Notes: generated by a model not told the origin, from the sequence alone. DNA of 64,000 bases from an uncultured Acidobacteriota bacterium (GCA_963770895.1 CAVYRF010000002.1:96001-160000), one strand, 5' to 3'; positions 1 to 9,933 are shown, counted from the stretch's first letter. Translations and numbers: made by a program.

Positions 1-335
1 ACCAGCAGGGAATCCTGATCGCAATCGGCGATCACCTCGACGACCGCCAGCGTATGTCCGGAAGTCTCCCCCTTGCGCCACAGCCGCCCGCGCGAACGGC
101 TCCAGAAGTGCGCCTGGCCGGTCGAGATCGTCAGCTCCACCGCCTGCCGGTCGGCAAAGGCCAGCATCAACACGGCGCCCGTCGCCACGTCCTGCACCAC
201 CACCGGAATCAACCCGCGATCGTCGTAGCGCAGCGCGGCGGCGTCCACCGCGCCCGGCACGGCGGCAGGGGTAGGGGTAGGGGTAGGCGTAGGCGTAGGG
301 TCAGAGGCAGGGGCGGGCACGGAAGCAGGACTCAT
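1..335 (-). CDS. hisI: Phosphoribosyl-AMP cyclohydrolase HisI (possibly HisIE; runs off the window edge)
   Basis: Manual translation from ATG at 335 gives [21 protein letters not shown]...[15 protein letters not shown]...VLMLAF...[18 protein letters not shown]...[12 protein letters not shown] overlap with the hisF stop. Not in the ORF track. Confidence 0.95.
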   Translation of the reverse strand, partial: MSPASVPAPASDPTPTPTPTPTPAAVPGAVDAAALRYDDRGLIPVVVQDVATGAVLMLAFADRQAVELTISTGQAHFWSRSRGRLWRKGETSGHTLAVVEVIADCDQDSLL

Positions 336-1123
336 GGCGTGGCCTCGCGGACGGGGAAGCCGGCGGCGGCCAGGGCGCGCTTCACCTCGCCGACGGTGTG
401 GGTGCCCTGGTGAAAGATGGACGCGGCCAGCACGGCGGCCGCGCCGGCGGCAAGGGCGGCGGCCAGGTGGGCCGGCTCGCCGGCGCCGCCGGAGGCGATC
501 AGCGGCACGGGACAGACGGCGGCGGCGGCAGCCAGCAGCTCCAGGTCGTAGCCGCCGCGCGTGCCGTCGTGGTCGATGCTGGTCAGGAGCACCTCGCCGG
601 CGCCGGCGGCAAGGCCCGAGCGCAGCCAGTCCAGGGCCTCCAGGTCGGTCGGCGTGCGGCCGCCGGACACCACCACCTGCCAACCGCCGCCGGCCCGGCG
701 CCGCGCGTCGATCGACAGCACCACGCACTGGCTGCCAAATCGGTGTGCCAGCTCGCCGATCAGGGCGGGCCGGCGGACCGCCGCGGTGTTGACCGCCACC
801 TTGTCGGCGCCGGCCCCCAGCAGCCGTGCCGCATCCGCGACGGAGCGCACGCCACCGCCGACGGTGAGCGGAATGAACACCTGCTCGGCGGTGCGCTCGA
901 CCCAGGCGATGTCGTTGTCGCGACCTTCCGGCGAGGCGCTGATATCGAGGAAGACGATCTCGTCGGCCCCCTGCGCGGCATAGCGCGCGGCGGCCTGGGC
1001 CGGGTCTCCCTGGTCCACCAGGTCGCGAAAGCGCAGCCCCTTGACCACGCGCCCGTCCGCCACGTCCAGGCAGGGGATGACGCGCCGGGTGAGCCCGGTG
1101 GGGCCGGGCGTCGCGGCCTTCAT
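332..1123 (-). CDS. hisF: Imidazole glycerol phosphate synthase cyclase subunit
   Basis: [52 protein letters not shown] motifs. Start at ATG 1123 overlaps the hisA stop. Confidence 0.97.
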   Translation of the reverse strand: MKAATPGPTGLTRRVIPCLDVADGRVVKGLRFRDLVDQGDPAQAAARYAAQGADEIVFLDISASPEGRDNDIAWVERTAEQVFIPLTVGGGVRSVADAARLLGAGADKVAVNTAAVRRPALIGELAHRFGSQCVVLSIDARRRAGGGWQVVVSGGRTPTDLEALDWLRSGLAAGAGEVLLTSIDHDGTRGGYDLELLAAAAAVCPVPLIASGGAGEPAHLAAALAAGAAAVLAASIFHQGTHTVGEVKRALAAAGFPVREATP

Positions 1124-1926
1124 CCTGGTCCGGCCCCCGCCGGGGTGGAATTGGCGTTGGGTTTGGCGTCGGCGGTGGTGTCGGTGCCGGCGTTGCCGGC
1201 GCAGGCGGCAAGGGCCGCGGCCAGGTCGATTTCGTGCTCGTACAGGGCGCGGCCCAGGATCACGCCGGCCAGGTCGGGGCAGGCCGCCGCGGCGAGCAGG
1301 TCGGCAACGTTGCGCACGCCCCCCGACAGCAGGGCGGGCAGGCCGGTCGCCGCGGCCACATCGCGGGCCAGGGCCAGGTTGGGACCGCCCAGCATGCCGT
1401 CGCGCTCGATGTCGGTGACCAGCACCGCCGGGCAGGGCAGCCCGCGCAAGTGCCCGCAGACGTCGGCCAGCACGCGGTCGGAGGGGCGGGTCCAGCCCGC
1501 GACGCGCACCTCGCCACCAGCCGTCTCCACCGCCGGCACCAGCCGCCCGGGCAACGCCAGCGCCAGCTCGGCAAAGCGTTCCGGCTCGCGCGCCGGCATC
1601 GACCCCAACACCACCCGCTCGCATCCCGCCGCCAGCGCCCATTCGACCGCTGCACGGTCGCGCAACCCACCGCCCAGCTGCACCCCCGCGCGGCCGCCAT
1701 CGCCCTGGCCCACCGCCGCCAGGATCCGCAACAGCAGGTCGCGCTGGGGCGGCTCGCCAAACGCGGCGTCCAGGTCCACGATGTGGATGCGGCGGGCGCC
1801 GGCGCGCACAAAGCCGGCGGCGACGGCCGCCGGATCGCCGGGGTACAGCGTCGAGCGCAAGGCGTCGCCCTGCCGCAGGCGGGCGACGCGCCCCTGACGC
1901 AGATCAATCGCCGGCAGCAGGTCCAC
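1120..1926 (-). CDS. hisA: ProFAR isomerase
   Basis: [49 protein letters not shown] motifs. GTG start inferred at 1926. Confidence 0.95.
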   Translation of the reverse strand: MDLLPAIDLRQGRVARLRQGDALRSTLYPGDPAAVAAGFVRAGARRIHIVDLDAAFGEPPQRDLLLRILAAVGQGDGGRAGVQLGGGLRDRAAVEWALAAGCERVVLGSMPAREPERFAELALALPGRLVPAVETAGGEVRVAGWTRPSDRVLADVCGHLRGLPCPAVLVTDIERDGMLGGPNLALARDVAAATGLPALLSGGVRNVADLLAAAACPDLAGVILGRALYEHEIDLAAALAACAGNAGTDTTADAKPNANSTPAGAGPG

Positions 1927-2614
1927 TCGCCATCTCCAAGTAGTTGTCCAGCAGCCGCAATCCGGCGCTGCCGCTGCGCTCGGGATGAAACTGCGTCCCC
2001 AGCACCCGCCCTCGCCCCGCCACCGCCACAAACGTCCGCCCATGCGTCGCGCGCGCCAGGCACGTTTCGTCGGCCGCCTCGTCAGGGGCATAGCTGTGCA
2101 CAAAGTAGACGTAGCACCCCTGGCCCGGCCCCCCGGCTGCCCCGCCGTGCGAGCCGAGGCCGGCGAGCAGGGGGTGGTCCGCCAAGTCGTGCAGCCGGTT
2201 CCAGCCGATGTGCGGCACCGGCACGCAGCCGGGCAGGCGGGTGACACGCCCCGGCAGCAGGGCCAGGCCGTCGGTGATCCCGAACTCCTCGCCGGCCTCG
2301 AACAGCAGCTGAAAGCCGACGCAGATCCCCAGCAGCCAGGCGCCTTCCGCCAGCGCCGCGCGCAGCGCCGCCTCCAGCCCCCCACGCAGGGCGTCCCGCG
2401 GCGGCGCGAACGCCCCCACTCCCGGCAGCACCAAACAGCGCGCCGCGGCCACCCGCGCCGGATCGCGCGTCACCGTCACACCGGCGCCCAGGTGGGCCAG
2501 AGCCCGCGCCAGGTTGCCCAGATTGCCGACGCCGGCATCGATCACCGTCACCCGCCGCGCCGCAGCCGCGGCGGCGGCGGCGCCCGGCGAGTCACTCTGG
2601 CCGGCCGCGCTCAT
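1904..2614 (-). CDS. hisH: Imidazole glycerol phosphate synthase glutaminase subunit
   Basis: LVLPGVGAF, LGICVGFQ (catalytic Cys), VPHIGWN, YFVHSY, QFHPERS. ATG 2614 overlaps the upstream stop. Confidence 0.96.
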   Translation of the reverse strand: MSAAGQSDSPGAAAAAAAARRVTVIDAGVGNLGNLARALAHLGAGVTVTRDPARVAAARCLVLPGVGAFAPPRDALRGGLEAALRAALAEGAWLLGICVGFQLLFEAGEEFGITDGLALLPGRVTRLPGCVPVPHIGWNRLHDLADHPLLAGLGSHGGAAGGPGQGCYVYFVHSYAPDEAADETCLARATHGRTFVAVAGRGRVLGTQFHPERSGSAGLRLLDNYLEMASGPAAGD

Positions 2615-4554
2615 GCGGTCAGCGTCCCCTTCGTGCTCGGCACGTCGGCGCCTGGCGTGGCACCCGCCGCCGCCGGCCGCAGCGCCACGGCCTGGCGCAG
2701 GGCCAGCGCGACGGCCTTGAAGGCGGCTTCCGCCGCGTGATGGCCGTTGCGCGCGGCCAGGATCTCCAGGTGCAACGTGAGGCGGCCACGGTCGGCGAAC
2801 GCCTGAAAGAAATCCGCTACCAATGTCAGCGGAAACTCCGCCGTCACCCACGCCGCGGCCATGTCGCGCGGCGCGCTGTAGTGGAAAAAACCTCGCCCCG
2901 AAAGGTCCACCACCGCGCGCGCCAACGCTTCGTCCAGCGGCGCATAGGCGGTGCCGAAACGCACCAGCCCGCGGCGGCCGCCCAGCGCACCGTCCAACGC
3001 CTGCCCCAACGCGATGCCGACGTCTTCGACCGTGTGATGCAGATCGACGTGCAGGTCGCCCTGGGCCTCCACCTCCAGCCCCAGGCCGCCATGCGTCGCC
3101 AGCGCCTGCAACATGTGACCGAAGAACCCGTTCGCCGCCGCGATCCGGCGCGGCCCCCCGTCCAACTTCAACACCAGCCGCACCCGCGTTTCACCCGTAG
3201 CGCGCTCCACCGTCCCCTGTCGCGCCGCCGGCGCTCCCGCCGTCGCAGCGGCGGCTTCCGCCGGCGCGGGATGAACGGGGCCAGCACTCTGGCCTACTCC
3301 CATTTGCCCGCCGATCGGGCTCTCCACCGTTCCGGGCAGCGCCGCCGCCCCCCCGCCACCGCCGACCATCCCTACACTTTTGCCGGCAGCCTCGCGGCCA
3401 GCTCCGTAGGCGACCACGGCCTGCCCTTCACCACCTTGGCCAGATACCGCGACCGGTTCGGCGCCCGCGCCCCCCGCCGGCAGCAGCTCGGCGAGGGCTT
3501 GGCGGGTGGCGCGCAGGGCGGCGCCGCTGCCGATCGAGATGCGCAGGGCGCCGTCCAGGCCGGGATTGGCACCCACGTCGCGCACGCGGATGCCGCGCGC
3601 CGCCAGGCCGTCGCGCAGGGCTGCCGCGGCGGCGGCGCTGCCGCACCGCACCAGCAGGAAGTTGGCTTCGGATGGCAGCACCTGCAAGCCGGCGGCTTGC
3701 AGCATGAACTGCCATTGGGCGCGGCGGGCGACCACCAGGGAGATGCGCCGCCGGGCGGCTGGCGCCGCGGCCAGCACGGCTCTGCCGGCGAGCACCGCCG
3801 GGACGCCCACGTTGTAGGGCAGCTTGACCTTCAGCAGCTCGGCCACCAGCCGCGGATCGGCCAGCAGGTAGCCCAGCCGCAGGCCGGCCAGCGCCCACGC
3901 CTTCGAGAAGGTGCGCAGCAGGATCAGGTGCGGATGGCGCGCCAGCAGCGGCCGGTAGTCGAAGCGGCAGAACTCGCCGTAGGCGTTGTCGAGCAGGAAC
4001 GGCCCCTCCTGCCGCGCCGCCAGCGCGTCGATCGCTTCCGGCGGCGGCGCGTCGCCGGTCGGATTGTTGGGCGCGCACAGCAGGAGCGGCCGGCGCGGGT
4101 CGCGCGCCACCTCGGCCTCCAGCTCCGCCAGCGGCAGGCGCAGCCCCGCCGCCGGCGGCAGGAAGCGCGGCACGCCGCCCGCCTTCAGCACCAGCATGCG
4201 GTACAGGGCGAAGCTCGGCTCGTAGCCCACCACCTCGCTGCCGGGCGCCACCAGCGCCGACAGGCAGACGTCCAGCAGCTCGTTGGAGCCGTTCCCCACC
4301 AGCACTCCCGCCGCCGGCCAGCCGTGCAGCTCCCCCAGGTCGCGGCGCAGCGCCTCGGCGTGAAAATCGGGATACCGCGCCCAGGCAGCGGCGCGCAGCG
4401 CGTCCGCCACCCGCCGCTTGAGGCCCGGCGGCGGCTCGAACGGCGCTTCGTTCTGGTCGAGCTTGTGGCGGCACGGGGACAGGTCCAGCGAGTAGGCGCG
4501 CAGCTGGCGCAGCTCGCCGCGCACCAGGCTTGCGGGATCGGCGCCCGCCTTCAT
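2611..4554 (-). CDS. hisCB: Fused histidinol-phosphate aminotransferase (HisC) / imidazoleglycerol-phosphate dehydratase (HisB)
   Basis: N-terminal PLP domain (KLDQNE, GNGSNE, PNNPTG, RTFSKAWALAGLRLGY) and C-terminal IGPD (RATGET, GDLHVDLHHTVED, NGHHAAEAAFKA, PSTKG) in one frame, joined by a Gly/Ala linker. Confidence 0.9.
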   Translation of the reverse strand: MKAGADPASLVRGELRQLRAYSLDLSPCRHKLDQNEAPFEPPPGLKRRVADALRAAAWARYPDFHAEALRRDLGELHGWPAAGVLVGNGSNELLDVCLSALVAPGSEVVGYEPSFALYRMLVLKAGGVPRFLPPAAGLRLPLAELEAEVARDPRRPLLLCAPNNPTGDAPPPEAIDALAARQEGPFLLDNAYGEFCRFDYRPLLARHPHLILLRTFSKAWALAGLRLGYLLADPRLVAELLKVKLPYNVGVPAVLAGRAVLAAAPAARRRISLVVARRAQWQFMLQAAGLQVLPSEANFLLVRCGSAAAAAALRDGLAARGIRVRDVGANPGLDGALRISIGSGAALRATRQALAELLPAGGAGAEPVAVSGQGGEGQAVVAYGAGREAAGKSVGMVGGGGGAAALPGTVESPIGGQMGVGQSAGPVHPAPAEAAAATAGAPAARQGTVERATGETRVRLVLKLDGGPRRIAAANGFFGHMLQALATHGGLGLEVEAQGDLHVDLHHTVEDVGIALGQALDGALGGRRGLVRFGTAYAPLDEALARAVVDLSGRGFFHYSAPRDMAAAWVTAEFPLTLVADFFQAFADRGRLTLHLEILAARNGHHAAEAAFKAVALALRQAVALRPAAAGATPGADVPSTKGTLTA

Positions 4555-5873
4555 CCGAGCCTCCGGCGGGCCGCCGCGGCATGCGCCGGCAGCCCCTCCG
4601 CGTCGGCAAGGCAGGCCGCCGCCTCGGCCCAGCGCGCCGCGGCCGCCGGCGAGAAACGCACGGCATGGCTGCGGCGCAGAAAATCCTCCACGCCCAGCGC
4701 CGACGCGAACCGGGCGCTGCCGCCGGTGGGCAGCACGTGGCTGGGTCCCGCCACGTAGTCGCCGAACACCTCGGACGTGGCCGCCCCCAGGAAGATCGCG
4801 CCGGCCGACCGCACCCGCCCGGCCAGCGCCTCGGCGCCGGCACCCACCAGCTGCAGATGCTCGGGCGCGATCTGCTCGACCAGCGCCAGCGCCTCGTCCC
4901 AGCCGGCGACCACCAGGGCGCAGCCCATGCCGGCCAGCGCCGCCCGCGCCGTGGCGGCGGTCGGCAGCGCCGCCAGCTGCGTCGCGACCGCGGCGGCGAC
5001 AAGCCGCGCCAGCTCGCGCTCCGGGGTGATCAGCACCGCCGCGGCCAGCGGATCGTGCTCCGCCTGCGCCAGCAGGTCGGCGGCGATCAGCGCCGGATCG
5101 GCGCCGGCGTCGGCCACAACCACCACCTCGCTGGGGCCGGCCAGGCCGTCGATCGCGACGTCGCCGGCCACCAGCCGCTTGGCGGCGGTCACCCAGGCGT
5201 TGCCCGGACCGACGATCTTGTCCACCCGCGGCAGCGACGCCGTGCCGTAGGCCAGCGCCGCCACCGCGTGGGCGCCGCCGATCCCCCACACCTCCTCGAC
5301 CTCCAGACGCGCCAAGGTGTACCGCAGCGCCGGGCTCGCCGCAAAACCCGCCGGCGGCGTCGCCACCACAATCTGAGCGACGCCTGCCAATCGCGCCGGC
5401 ACCACGGTCATCACCACCGTCGACGGATAGTTCGCCCGGCCGCCGGGGACGTAGATGCCGACCCGCCCGAGCGGCGTCACGCGCTCCTCCAGCTCCACGC
5501 CGTCGTCGCCGCCCGCCGGGCCCCCCGCCAGCCGGTAGCCCTGCCGCACCTGCGGCGCATGAAAGCGCTCGACCGCCGCGATCGCCCGCTCCAGCGCCTC
5601 GGCAAAGCCGGGCGGCAGCTGCCCGCGCACCGTTGCCGCCGCCGGTACGCTCAGCCGCAGCTCCGCTGCCCCCACCGCCGTCGCGCCGTCGAGCCGCCGC
5701 GCCAGGGCGAGCAGCGCCCGGTCGCCGCCGCCGCGCACCTTGTCGACGATCAGCGCCGCCTGGCGCAGCGTGCGCGCGTCGAGCACGCTGGCGCCGCGGC
5801 CGGCGATGGCCGCGATGCGCCGCCGGCCCGCCCGCGAGCCGGCCGCCACCACCTGTAGAGGTCCACGGCTCAT
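4551..5873 (-). CDS. hisD: Histidinol dehydrogenase
   Basis: GIYVPGG, DKIVGPGNAWV, AGPSE, DLLAQAEHD, APEHL, GDYVAGPSHVLPT motifs. Confidence 0.97.
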   Translation of the reverse strand: MSRGPLQVVAAGSRAGRRRIAAIAGRGASVLDARTLRQAALIVDKVRGGGDRALLALARRLDGATAVGAAELRLSVPAAATVRGQLPPGFAEALERAIAAVERFHAPQVRQGYRLAGGPAGGDDGVELEERVTPLGRVGIYVPGGRANYPSTVVMTVVPARLAGVAQIVVATPPAGFAASPALRYTLARLEVEEVWGIGGAHAVAALAYGTASLPRVDKIVGPGNAWVTAAKRLVAGDVAIDGLAGPSEVVVVADAGADPALIAADLLAQAEHDPLAAAVLITPERELARLVAAAVATQLAALPTAATARAALAGMGCALVVAGWDEALALVEQIAPEHLQLVGAGAEALAGRVRSAGAIFLGAATSEVFGDYVAGPSHVLPTGGSARFASALGVEDFLRRSHAVRFSPAAAARWAEAAACLADAEGLPAHAAAARRRLG

Positions 5874-6496
5874 GCCACCGCTCCCGCCGCCTCCAGGCGG
5901 TCCAACCAACCGTTGAGGCGCGCCCGGTGGCGCTGGAACGCCGCCCGGTTCACCACCAGGCAGGGCGTCACCGGCGCCACCGCCTCGATCTCCACCAGAC
6001 CATTGGCCGCCAGCGTGCCGCCGGTCTGCACGATGTCCAGCGCCAGGTCCGCCAGCTGCAGCACCGGCGCCAGCTCCACCGCGCCGGACAGGCGCACGAT
6101 CTCCGCCCCCCAGGCCCGCTCCGCCACCAGCCGCCGCGCCGTCAGCGGATACTTGGTGGCCAGCCGCACCTGCTCGCCGGCGCCCGGCAACGCCCTGGCG
6201 CGCCCGATCAAGGCAAAGCGGCTGCCACCGGCCGCCAACCGCGCCGGCACCAGCAGGTCGCGCCCCAGCTCGTCCAGTACGTCGCTGCCCACGATGCCGC
6301 AGTCGGCAATCCCATGCTCGACGTACAGCGGCAGGTCCCAATCCTTGAGCGCCAGCACCTCGACCTCGTCGTCTGGCAGCATCGTGCGCAGGCTGCGGCC
6401 GCTTTCCTCCAGACCGACCAGGCCCAGTCCCGCGGCGCGCAACGCCGCCACCGCCGTGTCCAGGTTGCGCCCCTTGGGCAGCGCCAGCCGAATCAT
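5870..6496 (-). CDS. hisG: ATP phosphoribosyltransferase, short form
   Basis: LALPKGR, ADCGIVGSDVLDE, RLATKYP, GAVELAP, DIVQTGGTL. 208 aa, lacking the C-terminal regulatory domain, consistent with the adjacent hisZ. Confidence 0.96.
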   Translation of the reverse strand: MIRLALPKGRNLDTAVAALRAAGLGLVGLEESGRSLRTMLPDDEVEVLALKDWDLPLYVEHGIADCGIVGSDVLDELGRDLLVPARLAAGGSRFALIGRARALPGAGEQVRLATKYPLTARRLVAERAWGAEIVRLSGAVELAPVLQLADLALDIVQTGGTLAANGLVEIEAVAPVTPCLVVNRAAFQRHRARLNGWLDRLEAAGAVA

Positions 6497-6606
6497 CGGC
6501 CCACCTCCCCGCCGCCGCCGGCAACGGCGCCCACCGCGGCAGAAACGGCTGTTGCCACAGAGGCGGGAGCCGGCTTACGCCCCTTGGGCAATGCCGGCTG
6601 GATCAT
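6493..6606 (-). CDS. 37-aa chimeric mini-ORF (HisG-like N-terminus + HisZ-like C-terminus) created by duplication of the hisZ/hisG junction
   Basis: Manual translation: MIQPALPKGRKPAPASVATAVSAAVGAVAGGGGEVGR*. ATGA overlaps with both the hisZ stop (6603) and the hisG start (6496). Confidence 0.6.
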   Translation of the reverse strand: MIQPALPKGRKPAPASVATAVSAAVGAVAGGGGEVGR

Positions 6607-8144
6607 CGGCCCACCTCCTCGCCGCCGGCGGCAACGGCGCCCGCGGCGGTAGCGACGGTGGTGGCTGAGGTAGGAGGTGAAGGGCTGGCGGCGGAGGCTT
6701 CGGCAACCAGGACGCCGCAGCCGGCCTCCAGCAGCCCGTCCAGGTTGAGCGAAAATCCCACCGCGTCGATGTCGGCGCCCAGCGCCCGGAACAACCCGCC
6801 ATAACGGCCGCCGCCGCCCACCGGCACCGCCGCGGCGCCGGCGTAGGCATGAAACACCAGGCCGTCGTAATACGCCCGCGCGCCTGCTTCGCCAACCTCC
6901 CAGCTCACGCCGGCAAACTCCGCCAGGTCGACCCGCAGCGCCACCCGCGGAGCCAGCGCCGCCATTTCGTCCCGCAGCGCCAGCAGCCCCCGCAGCCGCG
7001 CCGCCGCCTCGGCTCCCAGGTCCTCCGGCCGCGCCGGCAGTCCGGTCTCCACCACCGGCAGCAGCACCGGGCAGGCCCGCCGCACGACGCTGCGCTCCCG
7101 CCGCGCCACCGCCGCGGCCACCGTCGCCGGCGACTCGCCCACCGCCGCCAGCAGCGCCGCATCCAGACAGCCCGCGAGTCCCATCACCACCTCCTTGGGC
7201 CCCGACGTGGCTTCCAGCGCGGCCAAAAACAGCGCCAGCACCTCGCGCTCGGCCTCGGCAACCGCCTGCCGGCCAGCGTCTCCCGGCACGCCACCGCCGG
7301 TGTCCGCATTGCTGGCCGCTCCCGCATCACCGCCAGCCCCCGCACCGCTTCCGGCGCTCACATCCCCAGCAGCCCTTGCAGCGCCAGCAGCACTTGGAGC
7401 GCCAGCGGCCCTTGCATCGCCAGCAGCCCTTGCATCGCCAGCAGCCCTTGCATCGCCAGCAGCACTTGCATCGCCAGCAGTCCTTGCATCGCCAGCAGCC
7501 CTTGCATCGCCAGCAGCCCTTGCATCGCCAGCAGCACTTGCATCGCCAGCAGCACTTGGAGCGCCAGCAGCACTTGGAGCGCCAGCAGCCCTTGCAGCGC
7601 CAATACGACCTGCATCGCTCGCAGACCTTGCGTCATGCGCAGCTATCACATCGCGTGCGGCACTCGCATCGCTGCCAGCCCTTGCATCACCCGCGCCGCC
7701 CGCTGGATCGCCCGCGCCCGCGGGGGTCGCCGCTGACAGGCGCTCGACGCCCAGCTGGTAGAGCTCCCGCCGCCAGCCGTTCGCCTCGCCGCGGCGCTCG
7801 CGATAGCGCACCACGTCGCCGCGGTACGACAACCGCAACGGCAGCGGCGGCCCCCCCGGCCCCCCCAGGCGCGGCGCGAGCAGGCGCGCCAGCATCGGCG
7901 TGAAGTCCGCGCGCAGCGCCAGCTGCTCACCGTCGCGGTCGATGAAGCGATACAACTCGTCGCGGCTCGCCGGCGTCAGCAACGCCTCGTAGGGCTCCAG
8001 GTAGTCCAGGATGGGCAGGATCGCCTCGGCGTAGCCGTGGCGTTCAACCAGCTCTGCCAGGTGCTGCTCCAAAGCGCGCCGCGCCCGCGCGCTCTCGAAA
8101 AGCAGCGCCACCACCCCGGTCGGCAGGGCAGCCGAAACCCTCAT
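6603..8144 (-). CDS. hisZ: ATP phosphoribosyltransferase regulatory subunit with a large repeat insertion
   Basis: LPTGV, YRFIDRDGEQLALRADFTPMLAR, RLSYRGDVVR, RELYQLGVE, YYDGLVF, GGGGRYGGL. Lies directly upstream of short hisG. Confidence 0.92.
   Translation of the reverse strand: MRVSAALPTGVVALLFESARARRALEQHLAELVERHGYAEAILPILDYLEPYEALLTPASRDELYRFIDRDGEQLALRADFTPMLARLLAPRLGGPGGPPLPLRLSYRGDVVRYRERRGEANGWRRELYQLGVERLSAATPAGAGDPAGGAGDARAGSDASAARDVIAAHDARSASDAGRIGAARAAGAPSAAGAPSAAGDASAAGDARAAGDARAAGDARTAGDASAAGDARAAGDARAAGDARAAGAPSAAGAARAAGDVSAGSGAGAGGDAGAASNADTGGGVPGDAGRQAVAEAEREVLALFLAALEATSGPKEVVMGLAGCLDAALLAAVGESPATVAAAVARRERSVVRRACPVLLPVVETGLPARPEDLGAEAAARLRGLLALRDEMAALAPRVALRVDLAEFAGVSWEVGEAGARAYYDGLVFHAYAGAAAVPVGGGGRYGGLFRALGADIDAVGFSLNLDGLLEAGCGVLVAEASAASPSPPTSATTVATAAGAVAAGGEEVGR
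7365..7692. repeat. In-frame 18-bp tandem repeat (gcagcccttgcatcgcca and variants) encoding AAGDAR/AAGAPS units inside HisZ
   Basis: About 13 near-identical units visible at 7369-7600, with degenerate copies to about 7690. Confidence 0.95.
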
Positions 8145-8979
8145 GCCAACCCCATATCCAAGGGCCGCAACGATGGCTGTATCACCACCTGCAATATTGG
8201 ACGCAGAACAGGCTGCAAAAAGCAAAACCTCCTTCCGGGTCCCGGAAAGAGGTGGCGATGGGCTGCGGCGATCCTCGTCCCGGGGCGATTGCCGGGGCGA
8301 GAGCCCCGATCAGCCGTGCGGCGGATGGACGTCGTGACGCCAAGTGCCAGCTTCCGCGGCGACCACGGACAGCGACAGCGAACCGCAAGCGGCCGCTGGG
8401 CACATGGACTTCACGGTCAGGCTCATCGTCGTCACGTTATCGATCATAGCGACCCCAACGCAACGCGTCAAACCGGGGGGTGGTGTCCCAAAACTGTGTT
8501 GGCGCAAGGACACTATCCGCGGGTGCCGGTGGCGGTCGCCAGCGAGGCGCGACTCGGTGACAGGTGCCCATCGTCGCCGCAATGCCTTTGGGGGTGCTGC
8601 AGGGTGATGAGGGGATGCCGATACTCGCCGCCTGCCGAGCCTTCCAGACCGCTCATCGGCGGTCTCCGCGACAGGAGCGGCAGGTAGGGACTTGCCCCCG
8701 AGGCGTTCTCGGGCGCCCGTCACCGGCCAGCGGTCAAGGGTGCGACTTCACCGGCGCCCGCCACCGACCTGGGGAGAACGGCTCGGCAGGCGAAGCTCCC
8801 CCGGCCACCGGCCAGGACCGGCAGGCGGGTTTCGTCTCACATTTCGCCGCTGGTGCACGCCAGCCAACCGAGGCTTTCTTCTGGAAACGCAAGGCGGCAA
8901 TAGGTTAAAATCTATAAAACGCAAATCGGCGTTCGCTGCCAGGGACGCCAACAACGAATCGAGAAAAGGAGACGACTGC

Positions 8980-9240
8980 ATGAACCGCTCACGAAACCTC
9001 TTGCTGGGCGCGATGCTGGCCCTGATGGCGCTGGCGGGTTGGGCCCAAGTGCAAGCTCAGGGGTGTAGTTTGGTGTGCACCTGTGTGAAGCTATGTGGCT
9101 TCGACTACGCAAGTTGCGAAAGCGCTTGCAAGGGCGAAAAGACCTGTCTGGCCACCTGCGCCGCCAACCACGATGCTTGCGTGAGCAACTGCCAAAATGA
9201 CATCGAGGTAGCGAAATTGCCTACTGGCAAAACCAGATGA
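8980..9240 (+). CDS. Small secreted protein with five CxxxC motifs (86 aa)
   Basis: SD aaggag before ATG 8980. Signal peptide MNRSRNLLLGAMLALMALAGWAQVQA. 10 Cys in the mature part. Confidence 0.8.
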   Translation: MNRSRNLLLGAMLALMALAGWAQVQAQGCSLVCTCVKLCGFDYASCESACKGEKTCLATCAANHDACVSNCQNDIEVAKLPTGKTR

Positions 9241-9672
9241 CTTAAAAGAGACGAGTTACCGAATAACGGGATTTCTCGCAGGCCAGCGCTCGTGAAGGTG
9301 AGGTGCGCCTGTTCTCAGCCACGCCGCGGAGCTGCATTGAACGCTGTCCAGGTCGTGCGAGCGCTGCTGGTCGAGGAAATGAGCAGCTCCCACCCCAGTG
9401 GCCTGCCCGGTGAGCTCGCTTGCCATCCGCTCGCCCTCTGGCCCCCTGGCGGCGTTGCGACCTGCCGGAAGTGCCGGGACAGGCGACAGCCCCGGCCGCC
9501 TCCTCGACATATCCCTGCCATGCCTGCGCGCACCGCCGCCTGCAGCCTGTGCGCCGTCCCAGCCGGAGCTTCTTTAGGGCGCCCGGCGGGTAGTGGCGGT
9601 CACGTCTTGGCGACCTGGCGACACGAGAACTCGTGTACGCAGGAAAACGAAACCTACCCCAGGGAGTGCCAC

Positions 9673-9933
9673 ATGTCTCGATTCGCCTCTCTCCAGTCAC
9701 GTATTGCGCTTCTCCTCATTCTTGTCGCCGTCATCGCGGCGCTGGTGCTTCTCCCGGCGGCTCCAGCCGCGGCCTCTTCCCAATGCCCCAGCCGCTCCTG
9801 CCTGGTAACCGGCGCCATATACTTCAACGACGCCAACCACGATCAGGAGGTAGGCCAGTGCAGCTGCCAGCACTGTACAGGGGAGCAAACCGCCTACTGG
9901 CAGTCGGTCCCGGCCTGCTGCCCCTGCACGTAG
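9673..9933 (+). CDS. Small secreted Cys-rich protein, DUF6289-like (86 aa)
   Basis: SD agggag and a signal peptide. Motif YFNDANHDQEVGQC...CTGEQTAY is shared with the genes at 11894 and 36201. Confidence 0.8.
   Translation: MSRFASLQSRIALLLILVAVIAALVLLPAAPAAASSQCPSRSCLVTGAIYFNDANHDQEVGQCSCQHCTGEQTAYWQSVPACCPCT

Noticed and set aside
7365-7692. Regular repeats as a possible CRISPR array (also 36995-37135)
   Set aside because: Head-to-tail units without unique spacers, in frame inside CDSs, and no cas genes.
8145-8979. His-leader attenuator or riboswitch upstream of hisZ; ORFs 8310-8723 and 8344-8607
   Set aside because: No His-codon run or recognisable T-box/riboswitch found, and the ORFs lack convincing SD, motifs or codon bias.
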